From Pavona decussata (Eukaryota), in contig CDRNST010000114.1 of assembly GCA_977016875.1 (NCBI GenBank), positions 558,001 to 622,000 of the forward strand: DNA of 64,000 nt, given 5' to 3'. The translations under genes and the position numbers were made by a program. Below the pieces are notes generated by a model. It made no database searches, was not told the DNA's origin, and saw only the letters and a list, made by a program, of their open reading frames with translations. Each line of letters opens with the position of its first letter. The first letter of the stretch is position 1. Positions 12,501 to 27,500 of this stretch are shown here, piece by piece.

Positions 12501-15500
12501 AAATTAACAGTTCAATTTTTTTAAAAAACAACACTGAACTCTAAATGTCACGATCTAACTCGGAAAAAGAAAAATGCGAGCTCCCAAAGGGAATCGACTC
12601 CATGACCTTCCAGATTACTGGTTGGACATTTTTGACAGATTTTCTGATTACCGGCTAGAAACTGTTTTGATCGATGAAAAAGGTAGAAAATTTTGGATAG
12701 ATAAAAAAGTCGAAGTGAATTCTTCCTGATACTTCAGAGCGGTAATCGCGAAATGGATGCATTGTGCTTAAATTCGCTCCCTACCGAGATTCACACCTGT
12801 GTTTCAGTTGATTGCGTGACTGAGGCTCTGGCAAGGCGGAAATTCCAAGTTGAGCGTCTGTTCCCGAAATTCCGCCTTTGGGGGTTTAAGCCAATTCGAC
12901 AAGCATTTCTTCACTTCTTATACCGAGAAGAAACAACACTTTAGCGAGCATAAACAAATCGTTATTTGAATTGAGAAAAACCACAAATGGAAAATAGACT
13001 CGATTCAGTAGGATTTCGTGAGATGTGAACTCAAGAATAATTAGTCTTCACACAAAAAGAATTTGGATTGAAATGCAGACTGCACGAAACACATACAGGT
13101 ATATGAGGATAATATTCAGTTCTCCCTTGCGGTTATATACGCCTTGAAGACGCATCCACAACACTACGAGATCTTAAAACAGTATTACAACAGAAAAGGA
13201 AAAAAATCTCACTAACCTATGGATGTCCTTACTTTCGAGTACATTTGGATTGGGAGTGAAATGCCGGATATTAAATGTGATGGAACATCTGAGGTGGTTT
13301 ACCCCTCTAAAAGCGAAATAATAAAATCCTTTGAAGACTTTTGAACTGAAAACTTGCACGTGAGGTTTTCGTGAGATGAGAGCCAGCTTTGAATCAACCG
13401 AATTAAGGTTGAGCTTCGAATCGAAAGCGGCTCATTGACACTTGATCACACCACGTGAGACGTGAGAAGAGTGTAAGATTTCTCGCTCGGTCACGCTTTC
13501 CGCGGCAGTTTTGTTACGCAAAGACTGCTCATAAAATCGAACAAAACATGCAAACTGAGGTTTAAAATACTAACGTTTTCAAATGCTAAGAAGACGTAGA
13601 GACGGGTGAATTATAAATTGAGGCAGCAATTGGCACGGATTGAAAAGATCATAAAACTGGTACAATTTTTTTCGGCTAAATAAAATCCTAATGATAAAAG
13701 TCAAAGGGAAAAGTCACACTATTACAGCTAATTATGCCGTCAGTCACAAGCTGACATCCAAAAAGCCATTACGGTTCCAAAGGGAAATCTGTTTGGCCTG
13801 GGACGCCAGATGTAAGCGGATGTTAAAGATAACATATAGCGTGACTTCATGTCAATTTATGGCTGATGTCACGCAATTTACATTGAATCCTAAATTCATA
13901 TCCACATAACCGGTATTACATAATACAATACCGGTTCTGAAGATGAAAACCTCCGTAAAGTACAAAGATGTCAAATAAAAGCTACTGAGCACTACTTGCA
14001 GCGTTCTTTGTACACTTTTTCCCAAACGGATATTTTAAAAAATTTCTGCGATTTCTCCTTAGCGAACCTTCGCCGTCAAATTTTCTTAGTGGCCGGTTCA
14101 ATAGAATCTAAAATTAAATCACCTTTTTCTCCCTCAGTTCATCGTTGTATTTTGCCTGTAGGTCGTCTTGAGTTCTAAACAGCTCTTCAATTTCCGCTTC
14201 TTGGTGCTAAAAAGGCAAACGTTACAATGTACATAAAATAACTTTTTGACGCCATCTTGTTACTATGTACAACACAAGATGCAACTAATTTTCGTTTTGA
14301 AAAAAACAGGAGAGCAGAAAATTCGAAATATCAATGTTCTTGATCACAAAGTGCTTAAATTAGACGAATAAAATTCATGTTTCTCCGGCATCCACGCGAA
14401 AATTACGCTGCTACAAAAATCATTGTGCAACGATGCACTACAGTGTACATGTTAGCGACGTTTCACAATTTGCATTAAACGAAGTTCTTTGATTAGTTCT
14501 AGTTTCCTACTAAGATTCCCTTCAACTTACCAGTCAAGGTAGACGAAGAACAAGAACGGACTTTGAACTAAGCGACACACTTCATTAAACAAAACAAAAA
14601 TTCACTACAACGGCATTGTCTGTTAACGGAGCGTCTGGTGTTTGAATATATAATTCAGAAATGCTACAATTCTTCCTGAGATTTATTGGAATAACAGTAC
14701 GTTAAGCCACGTATCAAACTACGAGACAGATATAAACAAATTATTACCAGACAAAACAGAATATTTTAAACGCTGTCTCGGTGCTATTCACGGAACAAAT
14801 ATTTCAGCAAGCTGACGAGTTCGCGAAGCGAATAAACGATTATAGTTGTAAGAACTCGCTGGAACAACCGGCCAAATTCAACAACCCAGCTTGAAACTCA
14901 CCAGCAATTATAGAAGGCTTCAAATCTTTACCTATGTCTCCGGGAAAGCAAGTTTCGGCCGAAAGAATCAAAGGACTGTAGCTAACAGTTGATAGATTAC
15001 TTCGGCAAACAACATGAATATGCAAAATTGATACGACACGTTTCTTGTTTAACTTATATCTCTAGCAACACAACGAGAATCAGCGGCAGGTGAAATTAAA
15101 TGCATGAATTCACGCGAATTCAAATGTTCTCTGAGCAAATAAGATGCGTTAATTTTAGAAATATCATGGCATTTTTTGGCAAATTATATCAATCCAAAAT
15201 CCGCTTATATAAGAAAACCAGCGCACAAAACAACGCCAATTTCATTTAGTCGGACATGAATGAATCCAACCCCATTTGTTTAATAATAAACGATTTGTCA
15301 GAATATTGTGGTTAGTAGACAAGGGGAAAGACAAGGTCAAATATTGTATGAATAAACTAGCTGATAATAAGTTTAGTTCACTTTAGAATCACAAATTGCT
15401 TAAACTATACAACGGGCAGAAAACACTGACACTGCAATAAGTACCAAACGTACTTTGCACTATTACATATTATTTGCATCTCATCAAATTGAACTAAAGA

Positions 15501-18500
15501 CAAGTAGTACTGGCAAACTCGTTAAAATTGATGAGATATGGAGTAACAGCCAGTTAAAATGCTCCTTTCCTCTAGAGGAATCCTAAAAGCATGATTTTTC
15601 ACCGATTATAAGCTACTATGGCTCTCAAACACTGATCCAAGTTAATTTAATCTTAGCCTTTCGCGCGAGTGACGAGACGTGGGATGCGAAGCCGCGTACA
15701 CTCGCGCGAAAATATGATAAAATTTCATAACAAGCCAACATCTCTTACAGTGAGAGAGGGGTGGGTGCTTTCAACATATAAACATTACATAATTAATGAG
15801 GAAGTACTTACAGCTTTTTCATCATTTGCATCATTCAGGTCCTTTGATAGCTGTTTAATCTTGTTTTCCAGTTCTTGAATCTCTTGCCGCGATTCCTAAA
15901 ACAAAAACCGAAACACTAAAATCCTGAATCGACGGTTTGCTTTAGCTCCGAGTGAAGAAGATTCAGCCATAATCAACGCTTTGCAAACCTTGTCCCGCGA
16001 GAAGCAGTTTTACCTGTTGAGTCTCGGTGGATAAATAAACCTCAATTGATTTCAACAAGATCACTGGCCGCGTAGCAGGTAGTTTCAAAGAGAGTCCAGT
16101 TTTCACCCTTGATTCGCAGCCTGTATCGAGTAAACCGTCGAGTCAAAATTTAAATCTCTGACCGTTACTATTCCAGTAAAGCACTTGTTTCAGATGACGT
16201 TGTTTGCTGTGAATTTTCACGCGGTTAAAAATTGGGGAGAAAATTTTCAAATATCGGCAGAAAGCACGATCGACTACAATTCGTTTCAACAATTTCAAAA
16301 TAAGCTTAAAGCACAAGCCATGAATGAATGAATGGAAGACAGCGAGAGACTAACTTGATTTGCAATTTAAAAGAGACTCGTGGCGTTAAAATTCTTGTTT
16401 AAACCATTCAGGCTGATACGTTACTAGGCAGCCAAGCGTTCGTGAGGGCAAATAAGATATCGTCTGTCAGCTGTTAAAAATCTACATCTACAATGGTCCT
16501 TTCGGTACTTCGCTGCAAAGACATGGAATGCGCTGCCGGACTCGATTCGCACCATGGCCGGCACGAGCGAATTTTTAAGAAGTATTCGTCATGCAGCATT
16601 TTAAAATTGTTATTATTGTGGTTAGCTTTTGAAATTGTAAATTTTAATTTGTAATTACACATGTATTGACACATGAATGATTAGATTTCCTAGATATTTT
16701 AGATTTTTAAATTTTTAGATTTTAGGTTGTTAGCTAATTTTTATATTTCTTTTTGTTTTTGTAACGTTTTTTTGTTTATTGGTGGGCTTCCTGCAAAGTA
16801 GCTTTTAGCTAAGTGGAGTGCCACGTAAAATAAAGTTCCTAATTCCTATAAATGGTAATTGGCAAAGGCTGCCCATCTCGCCAATAGTACAGGAGCTTGT
16901 GCAAAGTATAAAAATTAATAAACAGGCTACGGCCTTCAAAATACAACGCGGTGAACGACGACCTTGCATAAGAAAATAAAGATAAGAAAAACAAGAAAGT
17001 TGAGGCAAGAGGGCTCGCTGAAAATCCCGCTCTGTCTCTGATTGTCTGATGCTGCTTTGTAAAGTAGTCCAGTCGCTTATTGATTTGGGGAATATTGACA
17101 TGAATACTGTGCAAAAAACTACAAATGAGGTCACTGGGGCAACGAAAACCAACCCCCCCCCCCCCCTACACACACAGTGATCAGCTTTAATATTCTCCCT
17201 TACTGCTTGTGTTTGTAGTGACGGATCCAGACCTTCAGGTAAGTGTGTATGTGGGGGAGGGGGGGGAGGGGTGGGTGGGGACGCGCGACTCGCTTCCCTT
17301 TGTGAAACAAAATATCTCGTTGTTTCGGCCTGTATCAGTGGGCAGGGGAGGGAGGGGCTCCCCTAGTTGCGTCAATGTTTTCTCCCTGTGATCCCAGACA
17401 TACATCAAACAATGTATAGCTAGTGCTGTAGAGTTTCCCCCGCTTTCAAACAGTCAACAAACGCACGTAAACACAAAACACTATCGCCACAAACCTCAAG
17501 CTTGGTGTTTAGAGTCTTATGCTGTTCCTCTGCAATAACCAATGATTGTTTCGCTTGTTCGTTATCATTTTGGGCCATGCTCAACTGCTGACGTAAATCC
17601 TACAAGTACAATGACAAAACTTCAAAAATAAATCTCTGCTCTCGTTTCCCGATTGCCACCTACACGCCATTCCTATCATCGAACTCCTTGGAGCCGTCCC
17701 CAGGAGTGCGTTTCTCAAAGGCACCGAAAATGTTTCGGGCCCAAAAATTCATTACCAGAAACTCGTTTTTAGTTTTGAAAGCTACAACCTTGACAGCTTT
17801 CCAAAATTAAGAAATACATTAAGCTAGTTTGCACGAAAACCTAACACCAATCACTAGATAAGTGAAAAAGGGATTAGGAAAAATATTTCTTGTGCTCAGA
17901 AACGGACCCCAGGCCCCTTTCAGGTTTGCTTACAGTCAAGTGAACGCGAAACAGTCACGTGATAATTTTCCGCGCTTGCCGTTGACGGAAACACTGTCGC
18001 TCACCATTCGTGTTCGATTCTTCACGCAAGCTAGCTTTGTCCCCCCCTTGATGTGAAAAGTGCTGCATGATACCCAAAAAAAAGAGGTTACGAATAGCTT
18101 AGCTACCAACCAGCACCAATACAGTTTCATTTAAATGAAAAAACCCCAGCAATAACAACCTATAAACGACAAGACACAAGAGCGGCTCTGGCAAGCTTCA
18201 CGAGAAATTCGTCATTTTCTTTAAGAAAGTCAAAATTGATATGATTTACTTGATTTCACTTGCCAGGAAGCCAGGAGGTCATATCGTTCATGGCTCATAC
18301 TTTTTAACACCAAAACGTATTTTTAATCACACTAAGACTACAACTCGTGCCGGAATAGAATGAACCCGAAAGACATTTTTAGAAAGAAAAAGCACCATTC
18401 TGCTCCGAAAATAGCACACCATAAAACCCGCATGTGACAAGCTGCTTACAAACAAAAGAACCTTCTTAGACATGTTTGAGCAACGAAAAAGCCAAGCCTT

Positions 18501-21500
18501 TTAATATGAAGTATTAAAAGGTGAATAGCAAAACCGCAACCACAACTGACTGCGGGAAATCGTGAAACTGAAAACAGAATGACAAAATTCTTTGCGAAAA
18601 AATGAACGGTGAACAAGAGGAGGCGCAGATATGCAAACAAAAATAACCAAGCGTTTGTTAAACGATTAAAATAGCACTCGGATTTTAGCAAGACAAATGA
18701 GCAAAGCTGAAGAGATTAGTAGCAAAGCCAAATAAGCAAAGCATCAGTTTAGAAAAGCTAAAAGTTGGGAAAGGTTAGCTACGTGATTGGGAACTTTCAT
18801 GCAACGGCAATTTAAAATCGTGACAGACCGTGTGTGTAGTATCAAAGAAAGCTTCATTCGACGGGGCGTTCCGCAGTAAAATCTTTTTAGTTAAGGGATA
18901 TAGTGGGCTAGAAAGCGCGCAATCTTATTTTACCTTATTTTTCCACTGTCAAATAAAACCGCTGTCAAAGTCGACCGCGGGAATCATTACTCGTTGTTTT
19001 AATTCCAGTTCTTTCATCCTCTTCGAAAATACACTCTAAAAAACGGGGAACTTCTCATTACCAACCAATCTCAAGCTGATTCAAGGCAGAGATCAAACGG
19101 TGCTACCGAATGGGTCTCTGGGAACGAAACGGATTACCCACGACGCCTCACGATTCAAAATGGCAGCGATTACATGAAAAAGTTCCCGGATAAAGCGCTA
19201 AGAGACCGGCAATGAGCTGCGGCACGCACGTGTGGGTTAAAAAGATCAATACCGTAGTCGTGCTTTGCTCCTGTAGAAAGTTGTCTTGCAGAGCGATGAG
19301 TTCGTTCAGGAGTGTGCCCTTCTCTTGGGAAAGAGACAAGAGTTGTGCATTCAGCGCCTGAAAAACGGCATGCAGTGTGATGTCACTGAGAGCCTGACTG
19401 TCAATCAAACTGATTTAAAAGGGTACAATGAGCGCATGCGTGCGAGGTGTTGACAGCAGAAATGAAAGTCAGCGGTTGCAATGCTATAATTGTGAGTGGG
19501 CTTCAAAAGTGAACGTTGTACGAGAGCACAAATCGAGTGCATCGAGGATAGAGATCTGAGTAAGATTTCAATGTCGCAGTATAAAATGGAAATCATGGAA
19601 GGCGCTAAGTGTTTGAACAGTTAGGAGTTTCGCACGAAGGTATTCCAAGTATTTTATGGTGTCAAAATAGAGTTCTTAGTTATGATACAACTATGAATAA
19701 AGAATGAATCGTAAGACCCCAAATAAGCCCGCTTAGCTGTTTTGATTAGCCTTGTTTTTCAAGATATTCTTATGATCAAGCCCAACCAATTTTGAAGCGC
19801 AAAATCCGTCAAGTGATGAACTCACTATAAAAAGCCAACACCCAAAATAAGCCACTGAAACAAGTCATTTGAACAAATGCACGCCCAGGGCTTATACTGA
19901 GAATTTACCAAGCAAACCCGCAACCGTTGAATTCTCGCCCCTCTTGGGGGCAGATATTCCTCTACGAAATAAAGAGGAATGAAGACTATCACTTAGTTCT
20001 TGGTTAACTTCGTGGTAATAGTCAAATCCGTTTGGAAAAACTCGAAAACACTAGACTACTTACAGTAACATTTCACCTTTTTAGACAACTGACAACTCCT
20101 CCACGCCCTGTCAAGACCCTGAAGAAGAACATAACACTAACTAGCAAACGTCGTTACCTCTTCAGTTTCCTCAGCAGTTTGTAAAGCACTTCGTAAGTTT
20201 TTGAAGTGACTTTCAAGGGAGATGTTTTCCTCTGCTAAAGCTGCAAACTGGTTCTTTAAATCCTTCAAACAAAATGAAGCAAATATAAAGAAAACTTTAA
20301 TACTTTTAACTACGCACTCTGAATACAACCAGGACTGACGTTTCAATAGTTTTGGCTGAGCAAGTTATAAACAAAACAGTATTTCCACCTTATTGTTTTC
20401 CTCAGCTCCCTTCAACTGCTCTTCTGCTGTTTTTATTTTCGCTTCTAACGCCACTTTTTCCTCTGAAACAGTCGCAAGTTTTCTTTCTAAATCCTAAGAA
20501 ATTAATATTAATCAATCTCATTAGTGTCATGACAAGAAGAGAGTTTCTCAAACTCATTAATAATTCATCAGAGAAAACAAAGAAAATCACTACTGTGACC
20601 GTGATTTGGATATGTTTACCTAATTATCATAAAATTTTGCCAACTTTGGCCTTGAATTTCTCCAAGAATTATTGATCATTTGAGAAGCCATATCAAACAC
20701 TCAAAAGTATGTTTCATCAGATATCCAAACAGCTCCAAGTCGTTTAAAAAAACTCGGCTGCGCCTCGTTTTTTCAGCCTACGTCTCAGTGTTTGGATATC
20801 TGATGAAACACACCTTCTCGTGTTTGATATATTACTTAAAAGCTGTTAACTAGAGTTAAGACCTCTCACTCTATACTACAAGTGAGCTCGGAAAACACTT
20901 TTTCGAGATCATCTTTGCTCTCTCGTAACATAGTGAATTATCAACCCAATACGACGAAATGATACTGACAGCAACGCAACAAACGCTCTGATTACTCGAC
21001 AACAATTTTATTAATACATCCAGCAACAGAAGCTGTGGCCAATCATGCAAAGATGAAGTTGCGCGTTTTGAAATGTCCATTCTAATTCCTCGTCATTCGT
21101 TTTCCTTTCCGTTTCCCAACATTTTTGTCACGATTTTCTACCAAAGACGTTCTATTGTGTGACAATATTTGTGACAACATGTGCGTGACAACACCCAATA
21201 TTGTATCGCGTTATTTACCATATCGGTGGTTTTACCTTGTTTCTCTGTTCATATTCTTGGTCTTTCCCATTTTCAACAGTTTTCGCCTGCTCTTGGAATG
21301 TCGTCAACTTCATATCAAGATCCTTAGCAAAACAAATACAGATAAGACTACTGTTTTTGTGAGCCTATCTACAGATCACATACCAAGCTTTATGATCATT
21401 TACAAATTCGTTTTGGGAGTTGAACATGCCGAGGAACCGGAATCTTTGTTTTAGAAAAGTAGTAAATTTTCTGGACAACGAAACAAGGGAGCTAACAGTC

Positions 21501-24500
21501 GAACCTCCCTTGAAGGGGCACAACCACGGAGATTTTGCTGTATTTTGGTAAAAACTGCTAAAATATTTGACAATGAACCTATTTTCTAACGTGAAATATC
21601 TCTTACAGCACCGGCAGGAACATATGAAATAATTTATACGAGGAAGACTAAACTAGAATCAGTTTTTAGCAATTTTTCCGAAATACTCAGAAGGAACTTG
21701 AAAACATTGGCCAATTTTTTCAAGTTTCAATCCATTTTCATCTCAGCCATCCGCAGCCAAAGATAATTTATACTAGTTTCTGTGTACTAGTAGGCTTATT
21801 GTTAACAAAACAGAACCATTATTTTAACGTGTACATCCATAAAAATATGTTTTTCTTGGTTATTCAAAATGACACTAAAAATAGGTGAGTGACACTCTCC
21901 CTTTAAGCGGCCATCCTAGGGGTAAGGAAAATTGGCCGCTTAATAGAGTTTCGTCAGAAATTAGCCAAAGGTGTGGCAGAAACGTCAATTTGCTTGAATA
22001 CCTACATACAACAGTTGCACATAATACAACCTCTGATTCATAAATTAAAAGTTTCTATATCTTTTTAACTGAAAATCGCACAATTCTTTCAAGAAAAGAT
22101 GGTCGTTTAACAGCGGATTTATTTACAGTATCATACTTGCAATTGTTTTGAAACTTTGATAACTGGGCGCTTAATGGGATGGTGGTGGTGGGGGTGGGGG
22201 GGGGGGGGGGGGAAACTAGATAGATGGCCGCTTAAGGGGAGTTCGACTGTAGTCGTTAAAAATTTGCCAGCCCCAGATACGAAACTTTTAATTTGTCTTT
22301 TAACGTTCTAGTTTCCACGTTTTCAATGTGTCTATTAGTGCAGTTATACACTGATCTGTAACACTTTCATATTTTTTCATCTTCTGTAAGTGGTCATAGG
22401 TCTAATTATTCATGGAGACCTTAATAGGAAACAGTCAATTAGTCAAATGGGTCGCTCACCTGTTTTTCTTGCAATGCAGTATTGAGGTCTTGTTCCATCT
22501 CAGCCGCTTTGCTTTGTATTTTTCTCAATTCCTCTTCTTTTACCAGCAAGCTCTGTTCAAGCTCCTGCGGATTCAAATTTAAACCATAATGTCGCACAAG
22601 GTCACACAACCATCCATTATATGGAAAGAACGTTCGCGTAACACCCTCGCCATCACGTGTTCACGCTAAAGTGCAACCGACAATTACCGCCCGTCTAGGT
22701 TGTTCAGTTATTATGACACCGATTGAAGGGCGGATTTAAGGCAAAACCGGAGCGGCAAGGAATAGGGCGCGTAACAAAAGGATTAAGTCTACATTTCACT
22801 TGTGAGATAAGCGCAAGAATGAACGCAAGGACTTTCCCTCCAAGAGATAATCCGCGCAAGACAACATACGCATGACATGCGCAATACTGCTGAGTTCTTG
22901 TGCCTATCTCACGCTTGTTCACACTTGCGAAATAAGCAGAAATATTCCAACCACCCCACCCCCTCCCCATACGTCGTGTCTCCTCACAAGTGGCAATTCG
23001 TGCAGTCGCGTGTTCCGCTCTCTTTATTATCTCTAAGAAAAAGAGCGAATCTACTTAGTTACGAAGTAAATGAATGAGGACGACAACTAAAATGTCCATT
23101 ACTCTATCTACTCTTAAACGACGTCGTCGCATTTTCATCTGTATGCCATTCCTGAAATTGTAAAGCGATTAAAAATCATCCTATTTACGGCGCTTTCGTT
23201 GTAGTTGTTTAAACAAGGGACGATCTAACAAACACTTTGATAGGAGGGTACTACCTGAGTTAGAACTGTGTATGTCTTGATGTTATTCGTCTATAAGAAG
23301 GAAGGAGCCAAGAGCCTAAATATTCAATGAGGGGCTGGAAACTGACAGGAAGAACCTACAAACCGCACGTGCTTGCCTGTACGACTCGTTCCCATAGAAA
23401 CAAAAGAGACATTGAAAAATGACAGGTTTTTAATATTACTGGTTGGAAACAAAATTTGCAATTTGGGGATATAATTATTACCGAAGTTGCCAACGCTCAA
23501 AGTAAAAAAAAACATAGCTCAGATCCTCATTAAAATTGCCAAAGGTCGAAGTCGTGAAACACATGGACTATGCCAAAATAGATAAGGGGGTTAGTTTCCA
23601 AGAAATTGTGGTGCTGCTCTACGAGGAGTAGAAACGAATGTTTGGTTTATCAACAGAGTTGATAACTAAAAGTAAATTGGCCACCGTAAAGAGATTCGAG
23701 TGCTAGCCGGCCGTTACGGTAGCCTTTACTCTGTTGATAAACCAAGCATTCATATACCAAAATTGGACTTTGATCAAATCTAGTTTTATTTACTTCAAGC
23801 GGCAAAACAGAAACAACGTACGCGAAGGTTTGCAACAAAAACATTTACCTTGTTAACGTCCTCTCCGTTCCTCGTCATTTCTTCCAAGGACTGAATCCTG
23901 TTTTCTAGATGCTCATTATTCTGTACGCTTTCCTGAAGGGCCTTGGATTGGTCCTGTAGAATTAACATAAAATATTAGCGATAGAACAAAGTGACAATAC
24001 ATATGGTTAAGCCTCTATCCTCTCCCCCCCACCCCCCCCCCACCCCCTACTCGAATAAACATCCCCTTTGGTGTCATGCAACCTTAAATAAACACCAACT
24101 TCTCACTAGTAAAAGCCGTATGCACAAAGTGCGAGAAGAATGAGGGTTGAAATTATTCCGACAAAGACAATGAATTGTCTAAATTTCAAATTCTAATTGG
24201 GGACGTCAAAAAGACAAAATACGGAATTTGAAGTAAGTGCCCACGGGGTCGTTCCTTTTAAGTCTCCATAACTTAGCGGATTGAGACTACTGTGCGTGCC
24301 CAATATTCCTACATAGGGGGATTCAATCTTTACTGGTTTGACAAAAATACTTAATGTACCCGGTAAGTTACCGCTACTTCCGAGAAACGGGCCTTAGTCA
24401 AGAAAATACGGAACAGAAACGCTTTTCATAAAAAGTACAACACATCACTTCAACGATTAGTTTTGGTCATCGTTTTAATAGTGGTGTTTACCTGGTATTT

Positions 24501-27500
24501 GCCCTCCGAATCATGCAGCATTTTTTCCAAGCTTTCAACCATTCCCTGCAGCTTGCTATCCTCTGAGGAAGCGCTTTTAATCTGATCCCAAAGTTCCTAA
24601 AATAAAACAATTACCATAAAAACATGAACCTAGTAGATGAGAATGATGTACTATTCAACAAGTGACACAGGCATAATCGGAAAAAAGAAATCCGAGTGCT
24701 CCTATCAGGAGTCGAACCTAAGATCGTCCGATTACTAGTTCGGATGTTCTACCACTGAGCTACAGGAGACTCGTGGGGGCTAAGGCAATCAAACTAGGTT
24801 CATCTAGTAGATGTATCCAAGCTCAGCCACAAAAACTACTGATTAGAAGTCTTCTCCACGCGATATAATGTACTTTATTTTGACTGATAACTTGTCCTCG
24901 TGTTGCGAGCAATTTATTTTAATCACGTGGTCTAACGATAAAACAAATACACAAGGAAAAAAGGGGACAAGGGTCATAAGCACGAAAAAAACAACAACAA
25001 CAACGAAGATGGCTTTTTAACTGTAACTAACCTGCTTTTCCTTGTCTGCAGTTTTCAAAGATTCTTTTAACAAAGCCGTCTCGTTTTCAACAGCAGTTTT
25101 TTCCTCTGTAAGCAACGTAACTTTCTCTTGCAGTGCTTTGCTGTCATTTTCAACCGAAGCGATCCTTTCCTCCAAAGTTACCACGTTGCTACGCAAATCA
25201 TTCCTTTCCTGAGTGAAAATTTCTAAACTGCTGGTTAATTCCTACACGAAAAAGAAGACAGGAACACAAAATATAAGACAACATTTGATCAAGCTCTAAA
25301 TTTTCCTTACGATGTGACTAAACAAATAACTAGGCAAGTAAGGAGTATAAAGAAATAATCACATGAGCGTATATAGATGTGTTTAGCGTCAGACAATGTA
25401 TCAATATTTGTCCGTAGACTAAATCTGTCACTGATACCCAAAAGTTTCCGAGAACAATGCTGGAGAAAGACTGCCAGCTAGTAGAGCTATCAGAAATGCA
25501 TGGAAATAGTGAAAGGAAAAATACGGGTTCATGTATTTGAAGCCAAACTCATTTCACAAGGGCAAACGATTACAGTTCGTCTGCAAGTTGCCAAACAACA
25601 GTCGTTAAAACAGACACATCTATGAATAGTGAATTTGTCAAATTTTGATTAGATAATGAATGTGCGAACCTATTTATAAAAGACTGCAAACGAAGATATA
25701 TTCTCAAATGTACCTCACTTATTGTGCCATGCAAAACAAGAAAAGTTCCGTCAACATGAGACAAGAGAGAGCAAATTAGAAAAAATTTGACTCTAACAAC
25801 AAACCTGTTTTTCTTTTTCTAAAGTTTCCAAAGATTCTCTCAGGGAAGCCATTTCCTTTTCACCTTCAGCCCTTTCCTCTACAAGTGCGTTCACCTTTTC
25901 CTGTAACTTTTGACCTTCACTCTTGGCCGAAGATTCAGTCTCCTCCAGAATTGATACTTTGCTGAGAAGATCCTCCTTTTCTTGGGTGGCATTTATTAGT
26001 TTTACGTTTAATTCCTGTAATACCAATAAAAACAAACAAACAAACAATTAGAAACACAAAAAGAGCAAAAGAGCATTACATTGATGTGAATTCATTTGGG
26101 GAAGCAGGGATAGCACAGTAGGGAGAGCACTCGCTTCCCATCAATGTGGCCCCGGTTCGATTCCTGGACTCAGCGTCATTTGCTTTGAGAGGTTTTTGTC
26201 CGAGTAGTCCGGTTTTCCTCTCTCCTCAAAGTCTAATTCTATCCTGAATCCGAGAGCCACAGGTTTGCTGGACTACAAAGTGCCTCTTTCGTGAAACAAA
26301 ATCCAACGCTTACTACACTTCAACAAGTAAAGTATTTTTTAGCAATCTTTTTGCCGTTTCTTTAGAGCAGTCGCTATTTGCTCCTTGAACTCACCTCTTT
26401 TTCCTTCTGTTCGACCTGAAGGTTCTCTTTCAGTTGCAGCAGATGACTCTTAACGGACTGGAATTCTTCCTTGGTGTCGCTAAATTCCCTGTCAATAGCC
26501 GCCTTTTCTTCAGCTGCAGCTTTCAGTCGGTTATCATAAGATTCCATTTTCTTCAGGAGCTCATCTCGATCCCGCGATATGTCCTCTATCTTTTGTTGCA
26601 GTTCCTTCAATAAAAGGACACTTTCTCATCATTTATTTTAACACATTTTCTGGTTCCAACTCAGTAGCTGTTACTACAAAACCCAGCGGTTTGACACGCA
26701 AACGAGGTAACTGGGTCATTCAGCATCCCATTGGCCCTTTAACCTCGTTTGCAAGCCTTTTCAAACAAAAGAATATTTGACCGCAGGCTCAACTGTTACA
26801 AGAGGTATCCATTCGTGCCCAGAGGGCTTTTTGGGTGCCCTGGTTTGGAATTTACAATCATGAGCTCTGATTGGTTCTCACTATTAGGCCATGGGCGCTT
26901 ATCCCAAAAGGAGTGAAATCACCGCAAGAAATGACGGAAATATTTCTTCAGATGTAGTAGATTCTTTTTGATCACTAAACCACTTTATCTTCCTCCAGCC
27001 AGGGGCTGCTAAGAGGTTTCAAAAGACTCCATTCTGGAAACAGTGATCAAAAGTTTGCGTTTTCAAAGCGCGTGGACTGTACACGTAGACGCAAACTTTC
27101 GAAAACGCGGCAATTGTAATGTCGCTGAAAATTAAACCCTATTTTAGCAACTAACGTAAAAAGAAACCTAGACCTTACAAGTATTTATTAGATGAGTTTC
27201 CCAAACTTAAAATCGGACTTCTAACATGAATAATTATTACTTGTGTATAAACTACTATCAATTCTTACTTGGTTCTGTTTTAATACTTCATTTCGTCCCT
27301 CTTCAGCAGATTTCAATGCCTTCTGTAACTTCCCCCTTTCAGCAACAAGCTTTTCCAGCTTCTTTTGATTATCCTATAAAGACATAGTGTTCTAGGTTAG
27401 GTTAGCACAGTTTCTACTAACCTTACTGGGACGGCTTTACAAAGTGCGCTCGCAAGTACTGTAATAAATCAGAGTAAAAAACGGTGACCTGATAAGAGCT

